A stretch of DNA of 64,000 nucleotides from Chiloscyllium plagiosum (taxonomy: Eukaryota), in contig NC_057718.1 of assembly GCF_004010195.1 (NCBI RefSeq), positions 30,042,102 through 30,106,101 of the forward strand, read 5' to 3'. The notes below the pieces were generated by a model. The model saw nothing but the letters and a program-made list of their open reading frames with translations. It was not told where the DNA came from and made no database searches. A program made the position numbers and the translations under genes. This document shows, piece after piece, positions 10,675 through 23,139 of the stretch (position 1 is the stretch's first letter; every line of letters begins with the position of its first letter).

Positions 10675-12176
10675 TTCTCTGGGAAGCAAGGGAGGAGATT
10701 GCAGAGCCATTGGCCTTGATTTTTATGTCCTCTTTGTCTACAGGAGTAGTGCCAGAAGACTGGAGGATAGCAAATCTGGTTCCCTTGTTCAAAAAGGGGA
10801 GTAGGGATAACCCTAGCAACTATAGGCCGGTGAGTCTCACTTCTGTTGGGGCAAAGTCTTAGAGAGAATTGTAAGGGATAGGATTTATGCACATCTAGAT
10901 AGGAATAATGTGATCAAGGATAGTCAGCATGGTTTTGTGAAGGGCAGGTCGTGCCTCACAAACCTTATTGAATTCTTTGAAAAGGTGACGAAGGAGGTTG
11001 ATGAAGGGAAAGCGGTAGATGTGGTATATATGGATTTTAGTAAGGCGTTTGATAAGGTTCCCCATGGTAGGCTACTGCAGAAAATACGGAGATATGGCAT
11101 AGAGGGTGAGTTGGAGGTTTGGATTAGGAATTGGCTGGATGGAAGAAGACAGAGGGTAGTAGTTGATGGCAAAGTTTCTTCATGGAGTGCCGTCACTAGC
11201 GGTGTTCCGCAAGGATCTGTTTTGGGACCATTGCTGTTTGTCATTTTTATAAATGACATGGAAGAGGGGTTAGAAGGTTGGGTGAGCAAGTTTGCGCATG
11301 ATACGAAAGTCGGAGGAGTTGTTGACAGTGAGGAAGCATGTGGCAGGTTACAGAAGGATATAGAGAAGCTGCAGAGCTGGGCAGAAAGGTGGCAAATGGA
11401 ATACAATGTAGCTAAGTGTGAGGTGATTCACTTTGGGAAGAATAACAAAAAGATGGGGTACTGGGCTAATGGTCGGATACTTGGTAGTGTGGATGAGCAG
11501 AGGGATCTTGGTGTCCATGTACACAGATCTCTGAAAGTTGCCACCCAGGTAAATAGTGCGGTGAGGAAGGCATATGGCGTACTGGCTTTTATCGGTAGAG
11601 GAATTGAGTTCCGGAGTCCGGAGGTCATGATGCAGTTGTATAAGACTCTGGTACGGCCGCATCTGGAATATTGTGTGCAGTTTTGGTTGCCATACTATAG
11701 GAAGGATGTGGAGGCACTGGAACGGGTGCAGAGGAGGTTTACCAGGATGTTGCCTGGTATGGTAGAAAGATCGTATTAGGAAAGGCTGAGGCACTTGGGG
11801 TTGTTTTCATTGGAGAAAAGAAGGTTTAGGGGTGACTTGATAGAGGTGTACAAGATGATTAGGGGTTTAGATAGGGTTGACCATGAGAACCTTTTTCCAC
11901 GTATGGAGTCAGCTATTACGAGGGGGCATAGCTTTAAATTAAGGGGGGGTAGATATAGGACTGAAATTCGGGGTAGGTTCTTCACTCAGCGAGTCGTAAG
12001 TTCATGGAATGCCCTGCCTGTAGCAGTGGTGGACTCTCCCTCTTTATGGGCATTTAGGCGGGCATTGGATAGGTATATGGAGGATAGTGGGTTAGTATAG
12101 GTTAGGTGGGCTTGGATCGGCGCAACATCGAGGGCCAAAGGGCCTGTACTGCGCTGTATTCTTCTATGTTCTATGT
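10675..12176 (+). mobile_element. 5'-truncated CR1 LINE (RT and 3' UTR)
   Basis: ORFs 10632-10862, 10910-11779 and 11795-12100 carry CR1 RT motifs. Ends in a (ttctatg)n tail. Confidence 0.95.
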
Positions 12177-12382
12177 AAGAATAAGATCAGCCATAAAGAC
12201 GCTGAAGGAACAGAGGGAATCAAGGAGGTAAGGAGAGGTGTGTTTGTTCCTTACTCTGTTACAAGCCTATTCCCAAAATCCTAAACCTTCATGACAAGCC
12301 TCCATGCTGGACAAGGCACAGCAGTCACAGGAAGAGGTACTGCACTGATTATACTGAGGTTAATGCACATCAACCACAGTGA

Positions 12383-12407
12383 TCTCTCTCTCTCTCTCTC
12401 TCTCCCC

Positions 12408-12447
<40 letters not shown>
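12383..12447. repeat. (CT)n microsatellite
   Basis: Read directly from the sequence. Confidence 0.95.
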
Positions 12448-12449
<2 letters not shown>

Positions 12450-12456
12450 CACGCAT

Positions 12457-12680
12457 GCACGCAGAGGGTGGTGCTTGCATGGATTGCTCTGCCAGAGAAA
12501 GTGATGGCGGCTGGTACAATTAAAAGATTTAAAAGGCCTCTGGGTGGGTATATGAATAAGAAGGGTTTAGAGCAATATGGACAAAATGTTGGCAAACGGG
12601 ACTAGATTAATATCTGGTTGGTATGTAAGAGTTGAACCAAAGGCTCTGTTTCCATGCTATATGTCACTTTCTCACTCTAC
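12457..12680 (+). mobile_element. Old CR1 3' end fragment
   Basis: TQRVVLAWIALPEKVMAAGTIKRFKR matches the CR1 ORF2 C-terminus. Similar to 38590-38815. Confidence 0.8.
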
Positions 12681-12899
12681 ACCTCATTTTCAGGGGAAGG
12701 AATATTGGTTATTTCACCCCAACACCACCCGCCCCTAAAAACACTACTCCTCTCTTTTTGCCTCTGCTGTTTTTCAACTATTACCTATACTTAAGTAAAA
12801 TTCATATTCTGGTAATATGTAATAAGGTAACTGGCAAGTCAACATATTTGTCAAATCAGGTGGTTGTTGGAATGAGAGTCTAAAAATGAGCCCAACTGC

Positions 12900-13475
12900 T
12901 CTGGTGGCACTGGTACTGCCACTGGATAAGTAACTGAGTGACATAGGCTAATGCTTTGAAGATAATTGGAACTTAATTTGATGAATTAATACATCTGGAA
13001 TCTAAATCTAGTGTCAGTAAATGGAAAGTTGCCATAATGTCAGAAGATGATAGGGTTGCTATCTCATTAGAGAGGGATGACTGGTAGTGATTTTAACCTG
13101 AGTGTTAGTATGCCTCAGGTAAGGGGAGAGGTTGAGAAGGAAAGTCCTTCAAGGTAACCTCAGATTGTGTGGGAATTGAACCCACACTGTTTGAAATCAC
13201 TCTGCATTACAAATCAGTAGGATCCATGAAACAGTAATTGTTTATGCCAAGAGCCCATCAGATTAATTGTTACCCTTTGGGTATAGCAACATGCTTTCCT
13301 TGCCTAATGTGTTGACTTTTAATTGCCCTCTGAAATGGTTTAGGAACAAAGTGTTTCAGTTGTAACCAAGTTTTAAAGATACAAGATAGACTGAATGTTT
13401 CACGAAGAGAACTTGCCACCTTGCCGAGGACAATTAGTAATGTGCAACAGATGCTGGCTTTGCCAGTGACGCATT
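12900..13475 (+). mobile_element. Degraded ancient SINE with a second SINE nested on the minus strand (about 13045-13220)
   Basis: tRNA-like head ggtggcactggtactgccactgga and tail ...caattagtaatgtgcaacagatgctggctttgccagtgacgc. The nested piece has a reverse B-box, gggaattgaaccc. Confidence 0.45.
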
Positions 13476-13636
13476 TTTAGAAATAATGCTTAGAAGATCT
13501 AACAGTACTTCACATTTTTGTATGTCAGACTTACTACTGACACACCAGAATGCAACAGCTCCCACTGCCCACCAGCTCCCCCATCACCCCTGACTCAACA
13601 ACCTTGACCTCAAATACCTCAATTTCTCAGATCCTG

Positions 13637-13840
13637 AGAGAAAGTGAGGACTGCAGATGCTGGAGAGTCAAAGTTGAAAAATGTGGTGCTGGAAAAGCAC
13701 AGCAGGTCGGGCAGCATCCAAGGAGCAGGAGAGTCGATATTTCGGGACCTTACGTGAAGGGTTTATGCCCGAAACATTGACTTTCCTGCTCCTCGGATGC
13801 TGCCTGACCTGTGCTTTTCCAGTGCCACACTTTTCAACTC
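13637..13840. mobile_element. Inverted-repeat Penelope pLTR derivative (family A)
   Basis: Minus copy (gagaaagtgaggactgcagatgctgg...) abuts a plus copy (gaagggtttatgcccgaaac...ggatgctgcctgacctg). Confidence 0.8.
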
Positions 13841-15429
13841 TTTCTCAGATCCTGCCAGAACCAGTTTGACACAGAACCCCACTGCAACAATACTGGCCCC
13901 ACTGGACTTGACATCCCAACTCACAACCAACCCTCACCCTGATCGCCCCTGTTTGACTTGGCACTGCCTTCCCACCATGCCCTCCCGCCATATCCTCCCT
14001 CCAAACTGACCCTGTCAGACTCGGTATACACTAAATACCCATCCAGTTATCTGACACCCGACAGCTTCCCCAAACTGGCACACAACTCCTTCACTCAACT
14101 ACCAACACCTCACTGAACTACCACTCCCTGTGACCCTAACCCCCCATTGCATTACATGCTTCCTATTCTCAATAACTTTCAAAATAACTGCAGGGGCTTT
14201 AAATCAGAGAACATACATTTGTTTCTGAAAAGGCGGTGTGGCTTCCTTGTGATCAACTCTATTCTACTCCTGTTCTTGTGAATTCCTTTAGGCTGCTTCA
14301 ATGCTTTGAAAGAGAAAGCTCCTGATTAGGAAGTTTGAAGGGAGTACTCTTTTCAAGGTAAGTGTCTTTTTCTTTCTCCAATCAGTATCAAAATTGAGTT
14401 TCCAATTATGATTGGAAAATCTAGGCCAAAATTTACACTTTCAGGCTACAAATATCTGGCTTGGGTCTTAACAATGTGCCATTATCTTGCCTACTTTACA
14501 AGGTATTACCACGAGCGATAGGAGGAATACTTGTTTACTGCATCAATAGAAACTGAACTTGAGGAACCAAATTAGCAGCATTTCATTATTTTAAAAAGAT
14601 ACAATCTTCTGACACCACATGATGCAATTACTTTGTTCTTTGTGTTTTAATATACACATGATTCTTGGTCATAAAATCTAAAATATTTTTGTTTTCAAAC
14701 ACTAATGTTCAATATATTTTGTCTTTGGTGATTTTCATCAATGGTATTAACCACAAAGTTCATTCACCGAGTTTCCTTTTGATGTATTGGGTTCCCTAAA
14801 CTTAGCTCTGTGATTCAACAGGTAAAGAGAAGAAATCTCTGTGATTCCTGGTTCAAAAAGATATGTAATTACTATTCCATCTGCTTCTGCTTTCATTATC
14901 TGCTGGGAAGCCTTGAGATGTTTTGTCGCCCTCTCTCAAGCTTTTGAGAACTTTTTTCAGAACATTGCTACATAGTAAAAGAAGGTAGCCTCTTCTTGTG
15001 CCAAACATCTTCTGAATTAGTTTAAGTGGCCCCTAATTTCATGCCTGTACAGTAATTTATAGACACAGAAGCCACTAGATTAATTCGCATGTTGCTGGAA
15101 CAATATCCCTTTATCCAAAGCCTGGGGATTTTGAAGATAAAAGGCCCTAATTATACTGTTTTGTATTTGAAGATACCTCCCAAAAGAACAGTGTGAAAAG
15201 CAGACAACTTGATCTGCTTCATTCCTAAATTACGTATCATCTCTTAACAAGTGCCAAATGTTACATTTGATCATTAGTCAAACTGAATTTCTTATGCCAC
15301 AAGTCATATCTTGTGAAATACTGGTACAACTCCTCAATTAGAACCTTAGCTATAATATTTGTCATTATTACTGCATTTGGAAATCAAATGGTCAAATCCA
15401 TGATGCTCAGGAGATATTTATGACTCAAT

Positions 15430-16190
15430 TTGGTTTGGATCCAACAGAATTCACAAGAACCCTACTCAATGGTTAATCAGGTGCAAGGATCAACATTAAT
15501 ATGGTTGGCTTCCTCCAATTTTCCTTGGGTGGCTTCCAAACCATATGGTGTGTAATATGACTTACAATAGTCAACTACATTCTTTCACAGCTTTGTCCAT
15601 TTAAAGAATATAACATTGTCTAGCTGAGATCACATGTCCTGAACTCTGGCACCATTTGTAAATATAGCTATCTAGACTCTTGTTCTTGTCTACAAAGAGG
15701 TGTGTCCATCCTTCTGACTATACTGCTCCCTACAAGCAATGTACTCCCATTAAAACTCCCCACTTGAATGGCATTCTGTACCATAATACCTTTGGTCAGT
15801 TTGAAAATGCACTCTGCAGTCACTGTTTTCACCTGCACAGGTTGCAGGAATGTCAAACCTGTTAGACAACTTCAAAGAGTTAAACACATCCCTTTCTACC
15901 TTCTCAATCCCCATACTTGCCTCACTCATAGTTACACTTTCCAGCCTTTGACTACTGGCTAAATTAGAAAACTTTACCCTAAGAGGTATGACTGCTTTCT
16001 GGAACAAAGTGTCCCAGGTAAGTTTCCTCTCCAATGTACATCATAGTGCCTGCAGCTTGGCCTCCAGCTCAACTCTGAGCTGAGGCTGCTCAAGATGCAG
16101 ACACATACTGCAGATGTGTTAGCCCTGGTGTCCATGAGATCTCATGTTCCTCAGACATAGCACATCATCTGTCCTGACATCTTTATTTTG
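15430..16190 (-). mobile_element. Old CR1 ORF1 fragment (zinc finger/coiled coil and SGNH esterase)
   Basis: Reverse strand gives HICSMCLHLEQPQLRVELEAKLQAL, DTLFQKAVIPLR, LSNRFDI and LLVGSSIVRRMDTPLCRQEQESR..GARVQD. Confidence 0.75.
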
Positions 16191-16467
16191 TGTTAATTAA
16201 TTTGTCATTTCTTCATAAAATTATAACAAAACCCAACTATTCACAAAAAAGTTTTACTACCATGAGTGAGCTTCACTAATACTTGGAAAACCTTACAATT
16301 TCTGATTAATTGCACTAGTTTTAAAATGTTATTGAGAATAGGACTTGTAAATGCAGCATTTACTCATTTTTCTGAATTATTCTTATCTAATGCAATATGC
16401 TATCAGTGGTCCTGCTCTAAGCATTTGCTGTTTTAGTTTAAACAGAATGGTTTGATGTTCATAGTCA

Positions 16468-16610
16468 AAAAGTGTGGCACTGGAACAACACAGCAAGTCA
16501 GGCAGCTTATGCCCAAAATGTCGACTCTCCTGCTCCTGGGATGCTGCCTGACTTGCTGGCTTTTCCAGTTTGACTCTGATCTCCAGCATCTGCAGTCTTC
16601 ACATTTTCCA
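16468..16610. mobile_element. Penelope pLTR derivative (family A)
   Basis: ttatgcccaaaatgtcgactctcctgctcctgggatgctgcctgac...ccagcatctgcag with a short inverted 5' piece. Confidence 0.7.
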
Positions 16611-16882
16611 GGTTTGATGTTCGTTTCTGGTCTGATCTTTGAACATTTTAAAATTTTTCAGTTTCTCCTATTTCAAATTAGAATGAATTTTATTTACTTA
16701 AAATAAGCAATTTCATCATATTGGGTCTTCAGTTTTCATTCTAATACTTTGAGACTTCCATGTATTATAATTCACAAATTATTTTATTTCAATCATTTTT
16801 AGATTGTGACTAGTCTATTGAACTCAGTACAGTTGCATGATTTTAGCAGCAATGTTCTGTATCTCAGCATTAACATGCATTA

Positions 16883-18072
16883 TTATCTCTTGTGCTATCT
16901 GATTGTTAATACCATATTAAATGATCTAATCATTAATCCTTCAGTGACACTCTAAGGTCTCGGTGTTTTCTGTGACGAAGTTTGATTTGGAAATTTTGCA
17001 GACTTGTTTTTAATCTCTGTACCGTCCAGTAGTAAATTTATTCCTTCAATATTTTCTCTTGCATCAGTTTCTAAACTGGATCACAGGTGATAAGCAAGGT
17101 CTTCTTACTCAACTATTCCTGAACTGTGGTGTGTCATCTCACATTGTGTTAAAAAAAACAGTATTGCCCACTCTATCTTTTCAAATATCAAATCTATACT
17201 TTAAATTGGTAACTTAGAAACAGTGCCAATTTTGGAGCAGAATCTAAATATGCTGTACATGTCCAATCAATAACTTACTTTTATTCGTGGACTTTTTGAA
17301 AAGATAAATCTGTTGCGAATAGTAAACTTTGAGCTGAACCAGTACCCTGAAGAATAATAATTTCTTTAGATTCTTCCTTGGTCAAAAATCTAGTGACTTC
17401 ACCGTCATACATAAATTACTTTACATATCTGTCCACCCCTGCTATAAAAGTATTAGAAGCAATGAGTTTATCACAAGTTTCACTTCACAGCATTGTGTGT
17501 GGAAATTACTGCCATTTATATCAGTGGTGATGATTTAGGTTTTAATCTACAACTGTATACCTTTAGTTGTCCAGCTTAATGATTGTACAAATGTGTTTAT
17601 GTTTGATTTCCCTCTGTAATCTACAACATCCACCGGCACTAACTTGGAGAGAATCTGTTTTTTTCCTTTTTGCTATTGCTCTCACTACCATTTGAAGGTG
17701 TAAATAGAAATCACTGGTGAAACTCAACAGGTCTGGAAGCATCTGTGGGGAGAAAACAGTGCTAATATTTCAAGTCCAATGACTCTTCAAGGCTGCTTAT
17801 TTGAATTAGGTTACCTTTCCATTTTCCGTGTGGGTTTACTAATAATGATCCACTACCTTGCTTATCATCTGTGATCCAGTTAAGAAACTGATGCAAGAGA
17901 AAATATTGAAGGAATAAATTTACTAATGGACGGTACAGAGACTACAAACAAGTCTGCAAAATTTCCAAATCAAACTTCGTCACAGAAAACACCGAAACCT
18001 CAGAGTGTCACTGAAGGATTAATGATTAGATCATTTAATGTGGTATTAACAATCAGGTAGCACAAGAGATAA
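16883..18072. repeat. 218-bp inverted duplication (arms 16883-17100 and 17855-18072)
   Basis: The arms are near-perfect reverse complements, e.g. gtgacgaagtttgatttggaaattttgcagacttg versus caagtctgcaaaatttccaaatcaaacttcgtcac. Confidence 0.92.
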
Positions 18073-19113
18073 CTGTCTATATGAGATATCATTTCCATCA
18101 GTTAAAATTGTAGCTTTGCTTATTTTGGACATTTTCCAATCTTCAAGATAATCTTGAATAGTTGAACGTTAATTTTAAATTTTTCCAAAATTATGGCATC
18201 TCTCGTATTCTCAAAATTCTGTTTAAGTTTCATTTCTTGAAACTTTTCTAATGTCAGGTATGGTCTGGGTGGTGTTGTTGTAGATTCATTGCTGTAGATC
18301 TTTTTGCTAGTATTAGTCTAGACTACACATACCATGTGGGAAAGCATATCCTCTCAATACCTTAGGCACAAGTTTGGCGCAATCTTAATGAATAGAAGTT
18401 AGAGTTAGGTTTAGTTATGTTAATTGCATATTACTTAACAGATAGTGACATTTCATCTAAGATACATGATTGCCTCTTGCGAGGTATCAGTCTTAACTTA
18501 AGAAAATGATGACATTACTGAGTCATTCTCATAGTTTTGCCAGCAAGCACAGAACTATGAAACTTGAACACTAGTTAGTTTCAACTAGTCCTTTACGTAT
18601 TGATCAGCTGACTTATTTCATGATGTCAGTAAACTCTTTCAGGTCCTAACTGCCTAAAATAACATTAACCACTTCCCACTCAAGCTCCTTCTTTTCTAGT
18701 TATTAATTTTTATGCATTCTGTTCAGTTATGTAAAACAAGTTTATCAATGCTTCATTTTCCCCAGGCCTCTGACTTTATAAATTCATTCAATCCAGAGGA
18801 TTGACTATCAATCCTGATTCAGGATGTGTTGAACTGAGATCATTTATGTTTCTATCACTTCAGGATAGCTGTTGTGGCTGTAGATATCATGTTGGAAGTT
18901 GATCATAACTAATCTGGCTCTTGGCATCATTCGTTAGCTCCATCCTATGGTAGTGATGGGTTATGGTTCTTTACCAAGATAAAATGTTTGCAATTCTGCT
19001 GCAACTTTCCTTTTTGATGTGTTCATTCCGTATGACTGTTGCTGATTTAGTATGTGCCACATGACCACAACATTTCTGTTGAGATCCTTGATTTGCACTG
19101 ACCTTGTTCTAGA

Positions 19114-19222
19114 GTTGAGAGTATGGTGCTGGAAAAGCATAGCAGGTCGGGTAGCATCCAAGGAACAGGAGACTCAACACTCAACTCTGATCTCCAGCAT
19201 CTGCAGTCCTCACTTTCTCCTT
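19114..19222. mobile_element. Penelope pLTR derivative (family A)
   Basis: ggtgctggaaaagcatagcaggtcgggtagcatcc followed by ctctgatctccagcatctgcagtcctcactttctcc. Confidence 0.7.
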
Positions 19223-19249
19223 TTTCTAGAGTTGTCAAGGCATTTTCGT

Positions 19250-20660
19250 AAAACAGACTATGTTTACTGCTTATGTTGACAAAATGTCTATTATTTCTGA
19301 CCAGTGCTTTTTAAAATCTGTGGGACTCATTTTTGAAGTTGATTGTTGAGAAGGACAGTGAGTTTTTTCCGCATGAAGAGCTCCAATGGTGAAAACTCAG
19401 AATGGAAGGCAGAGGCGTAGCAGTTTTTTTTTTAGAGCTGAGAAGAAAACCTGTGCGCTTTATAACTGTTTGTATCCTGCATTTGGCCTATTGTGACTGA
19501 GGTTATCATGGTGAATTGTTGATGTGTTGGAAACCTGAAATGGTCACAAAGATTTTGTTTGTCATTGGCAAACTGCAGTCTATTATCAAATATGTCTACG
19601 TTTGGGATTTCATAAATGGCAAATATTTAATGTAGAATTTTGACAATTACATCTGCTACCTTGAATTATAATTTCTTTACCTTTATCCATCAAAATAAAT
19701 AGTTGATCCAATATTATATGCAAGCAACCTACAACAATAAATAGGCCAGAGTCTACATGTTCTGGCAGAAAATGTGGTAGGAATCTATGGTGCTCTTCTT
19801 TCATGTCAACTTGTGACATATTCCTGATAATCAGTTGTGAGATCGTCTAATGTGCTTGATGATTTCTGGACATCTTGGAGCTTAAGCCCTAGTTCTACAT
19901 TTGGTAATGCACAGGTGTTGCTGATGTATCTTGTCAAGGGCATCAGTTTGCAATGAGGGAGGATAACAGGTCTGTCTTTGAAAATCCAAGAGGTTGTTGA
20001 CAGTAGTGAAGTGTTGCCTGTGTTTGAAAAATGTATTCATAATTGAACCACAAGGTTTCTTTTCTTACTTGCCCCTAGACAGTATCAAGGTATAGTAAGA
20101 CTTTCAGAGTTTTTTGTTCCTCTTGGCTGAAATTAAGTTTTTTGATTATATTGTTAGCCACAGCATTCTTGTTGTTTGAGTGCAAAGATTGAGTTAGTCA
20201 GCCTATGCCTTATCTGCTAATGTATGGCTTTCAAGAATCACATTGGACAGGACATCTACTGCAATTTTTCTTGTACATATGCAAATCTGATGAGCCAAAG
20301 TATACATAATTGTGTCTATGGAGGCAATTTTGCTAAGCCTTTTTCATCTAATAGTGAGGCCAACAGTTTATGATTGATCTCTAAGAAAATTTCTCACATG
20401 CCCATGTAATTGAGAGTGCTTCCTTTTCAGTAATTGCATATCATGTTTCTATATCAGATATGTTTTTCTGTATCCTTTCAGCTCTTTTGAAAGTAACTGC
20501 TCCAATATTTACAGCTAAGGCATCTGCAGGAATGTTGGATTATAATAGGTCAAGACATCTGAGAAAGTCACTACATCTTTTTAGTTTGGAAAGACCTCTT
20601 CTTGATATGGATTCCAATATCATCCTTGAGACTTTTTTTCTGTCAGCATAACTTAGAAAA
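19250..20660 (-). mobile_element. Highly decayed Ty3/Gypsy pol (RNase H and integrase)
   Basis: Reverse strand gives WNPYQEE..DVLTYYNPT, YAITEKEALSITWACEKF, HKLLASLL..LPP, DALDKIHQQHLCITKCRTRA and IPNVDIFDNRLQFA. Confidence 0.75.
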
Positions 20661-20819
20661 TAAACCAAGGGGGAGCCATGTGGTCTCTCAAGGGAATAAG
20701 GTGAGGCTGGATTACCTCTATTTTAATGCCAGAGTATTAGAGATAAGACAGATGAGTAATGGGCATGGATTGTCACATGGAGCAATGATATTGTTGACAT
20801 CATAGAGACATGGTTGTGG
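20660..20819 (+). mobile_element. Old CR1 endonuclease fragment split by ERV copy 2 (continues at 32060-32300)
   Basis: LDYLYFNAR..AWIVTWSNDIVDIIETWL on the left. The right flank continues gaagaacaactgacaacttaac...gacaggggagggtgaaaa. Confidence 0.7.
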
Positions 20820-21437
20820 TGAAGATCTAGACCCCTGGGAGGGGCCTTGGTTCCATGATCGGTCAAAAGAATCACTAAGAGTACGGTCTGCTTCAGCAAG
20901 GTTTCACAGTTTAATCGTATCAGCCGGGCGCAGATTTGTCCAGCAACAGAGGTTAAAAGCTTCTGTGTTCTTTGGAGAAATTGTGCAATGAATTTGAACA
21001 ATAAGCAATTTTTATGTTTTTTTTAAGGGACAGTACAACCTTAATTACAAAGGAAAACCAATGAAATGTAATAAGGTGACATAATGGACTGCAGTTAATC
21101 CAATGATATTTCCTAGGAAACAGTATTGTCTTACACACATTATTGTCTTGTACTCGTGGTTCAAGGTTAGTCAGGGTGGTCAGTAAATGTCTTATGATTC
21201 ATATAATGAAGTCTCCATTGTCTGCTTTATATTTTAATTCAGCTAGCTCAGCAAAGCAGGAATGCAGCTTTAAGCTGGGTGAGAAGCCATTTTAAACAGT
21301 GTATTAATTTGCAGCCCAAAGCCATTTTATTATGTTATTTTGTGTTACTTGCATTTAGAAGCCATTTTGTAATTAGTAAAAGCATGCATTAAATCGTTGC
21401 TCCTGACGACAACCTAAATCCAGATTTTACATACTCA
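20820..21437 (-). repeat. ERV copy 2 3' LTR
   Basis: Direct repeat of 31438-32059, adjacent to the PPT. Confidence 0.95.
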
Positions 21438-21449
21438 TCTCCCCTCTTT
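21438..21449 (-). promoter_or_regulatory. Polypurine tract
   Basis: Minus strand AAAGAGGGGAGA immediately before the TG of the 3' LTR. Confidence 0.88.
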
Positions 21450-21493
21450 AGTCATTCCATGACCACACCATAGATGTGAGGGCATGGGTTAGA

Positions 21494-23130
21494 TTAGTCC
21501 AACTGAATGGAAGCCAAAGATTGCCATACTTCCTCCTCCTCCGAGCAGGAAGTAGGGGTTGGCAATGGCGTCTCCTCATCTTCATCTGAATGGAGAAGAA
21601 GCATTTTCTGGGTAGAACCGATGCTGTCAATGGACGCTAATATTTTAGCAATAATACACTTAACAATAGCAATACCAACAAAAAGACCAACTAAAACAAT
21701 AGCAGCATACAAAGCCATATTGATCAGCCAGTTGTACCATGAGCCAAAGCCCAGTCTCCCCAACCTGCACCTTCAGTCATTTGGCTGACAAAGGTGTGGA
21801 TGTTATCTATATGCCTGGTAATATTTTTGATGAGGTCAATGACCCCCACAATGCATTTGCCTTGACTATGGCGCAAACTCCACCTTCTTTGGCATGTATG
21901 TAGTCGAGGGCATACCAGTTTGTTGGGAAAAAAGGCATAATTCTGAAAGCATGCCCTTAACTCCTGTTAAGGCAGTAGTCGTCTCATTACCCAAGAAAGT
22001 GACACCGCAAATGAGATAATTTTGGTTTTGATGGCTACTACTTCATGCAGATCCTCCTACAGAGAAAATACTAAGAAATGCATACCCTAGGGAGTGAGCC
22101 TTAGTGGTGCTCAAAGCCTTCAGATTTTTCCAATTTGCGCAGAACTCGGGTGAGACTGAACATTTTGACAGGGAAATCTCAAACCTATTGCCAGGTAACT
22201 GAACAGGGAACTGTGGTCGGAAAAAGTGTTCCTACAGTTACAGCCTATTTCGTTAAGGACAAGGAAATTGGTTGCTTTGCCTTGGTTGAAAGAAAAAGTA
22301 ACCAGGTTTAGTATAGATAATGGAGGGAGCTTCCCAATAAGAAGCAGGCCTGTCTTGGTGACTTCCTGGAACATATGGATAGTCGATGGAACAGAGACAC
22401 ACTCTTCTCCAAGACGTATGCATGAGATGCGAGGTTTCACAGGGGAGCAGTGGTGACTGGCACATTTAATCAATGCGCAGGGAATAATCTTGGTCACATT
22501 AACGTAAGTACACCCCATCCTTTACCATTGTAACAATTTGGATAGGCTACCCTGGATTTATTGGAGGAAGTTCATAAGCAGCTAGCAGGTGGGGATAAGT
22601 AATAATCAAAAGAAATGTTATGTCCAGTAAACACTTTAGTAGCATTCGATACTCCTTCATTAGGATTCGGGAGGGGAAAATGGGTCAGAGTCTTTTGCTG
22701 AAGTTAGGGTGTAACAGAGCACTTCATCACTGCCAAATATTCAAATGTGACTTTGGAGAAACAAATAGTTAGTGAAAGATATCTTTTCTCTTTTGCAGTA
22801 TGACCTATTTAGATGGGGGTAAGGCTTAGCAGGGTTGCCCATAGCACAACCGGAATCAAACTGGCACACAACACTGTTACAAGGTAAAGACCATTTAGAC
22901 TTTTTCTGTAAATGAACTGTTCAATCTTTTCGATGCAGTTGACCACTGCAATAGTCATTCTTGGTAAGGTTCAGTCTCTCGCCACACAAGGATATTTTTT
23001 TCGGTATAGTAGGTACACAGTCTCTGGTTGCTCAGGATCGCACAGGTAAACTGTCCCTTCTTGTGCACCAATGCTGGCAATGGCAAGTCCACACAGTAGG
23101 GCAAGTTCGATCTTCGTCTTCGACTTCGTC
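21494..23130 (-). pseudogene. env: ERV copy 2 env (filovirus GP2-like TM)
   Basis: FCANWKNLKALSTTKAHSLGYAFLSIFSVGGSA*SSSHQNQNYLICGVTFLGNETTTAL..YALDYIHAKEGGVCAIVK/GKCI..KNITRHIDNI. ORF 21494-21763 holds the membrane anchor and acidic tail. Confidence 0.9.
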
Positions 23131-23139
23131 TTCCCCCCC

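Noticed and set aside
10924..11406. Recurrent antisense ORFs opposite CR1 RT (also 25846-26262 and 36103-36585)
   Set aside because: Shadow frames of the conserved RT coding strand, with no independent evidence of function.
14300..14365. Possible host exon ending in aag/gtaagt
   Set aside because: A lone donor-like motif without a convincing reading frame or partner exons.
15680..15710. Minus-strand GWTHLFVD resembling a helicase Walker B motif
   Set aside because: It is an off-frame reading of CR1 ORF1 (VGSSIVRRMDTPLC, SGNH esterase).
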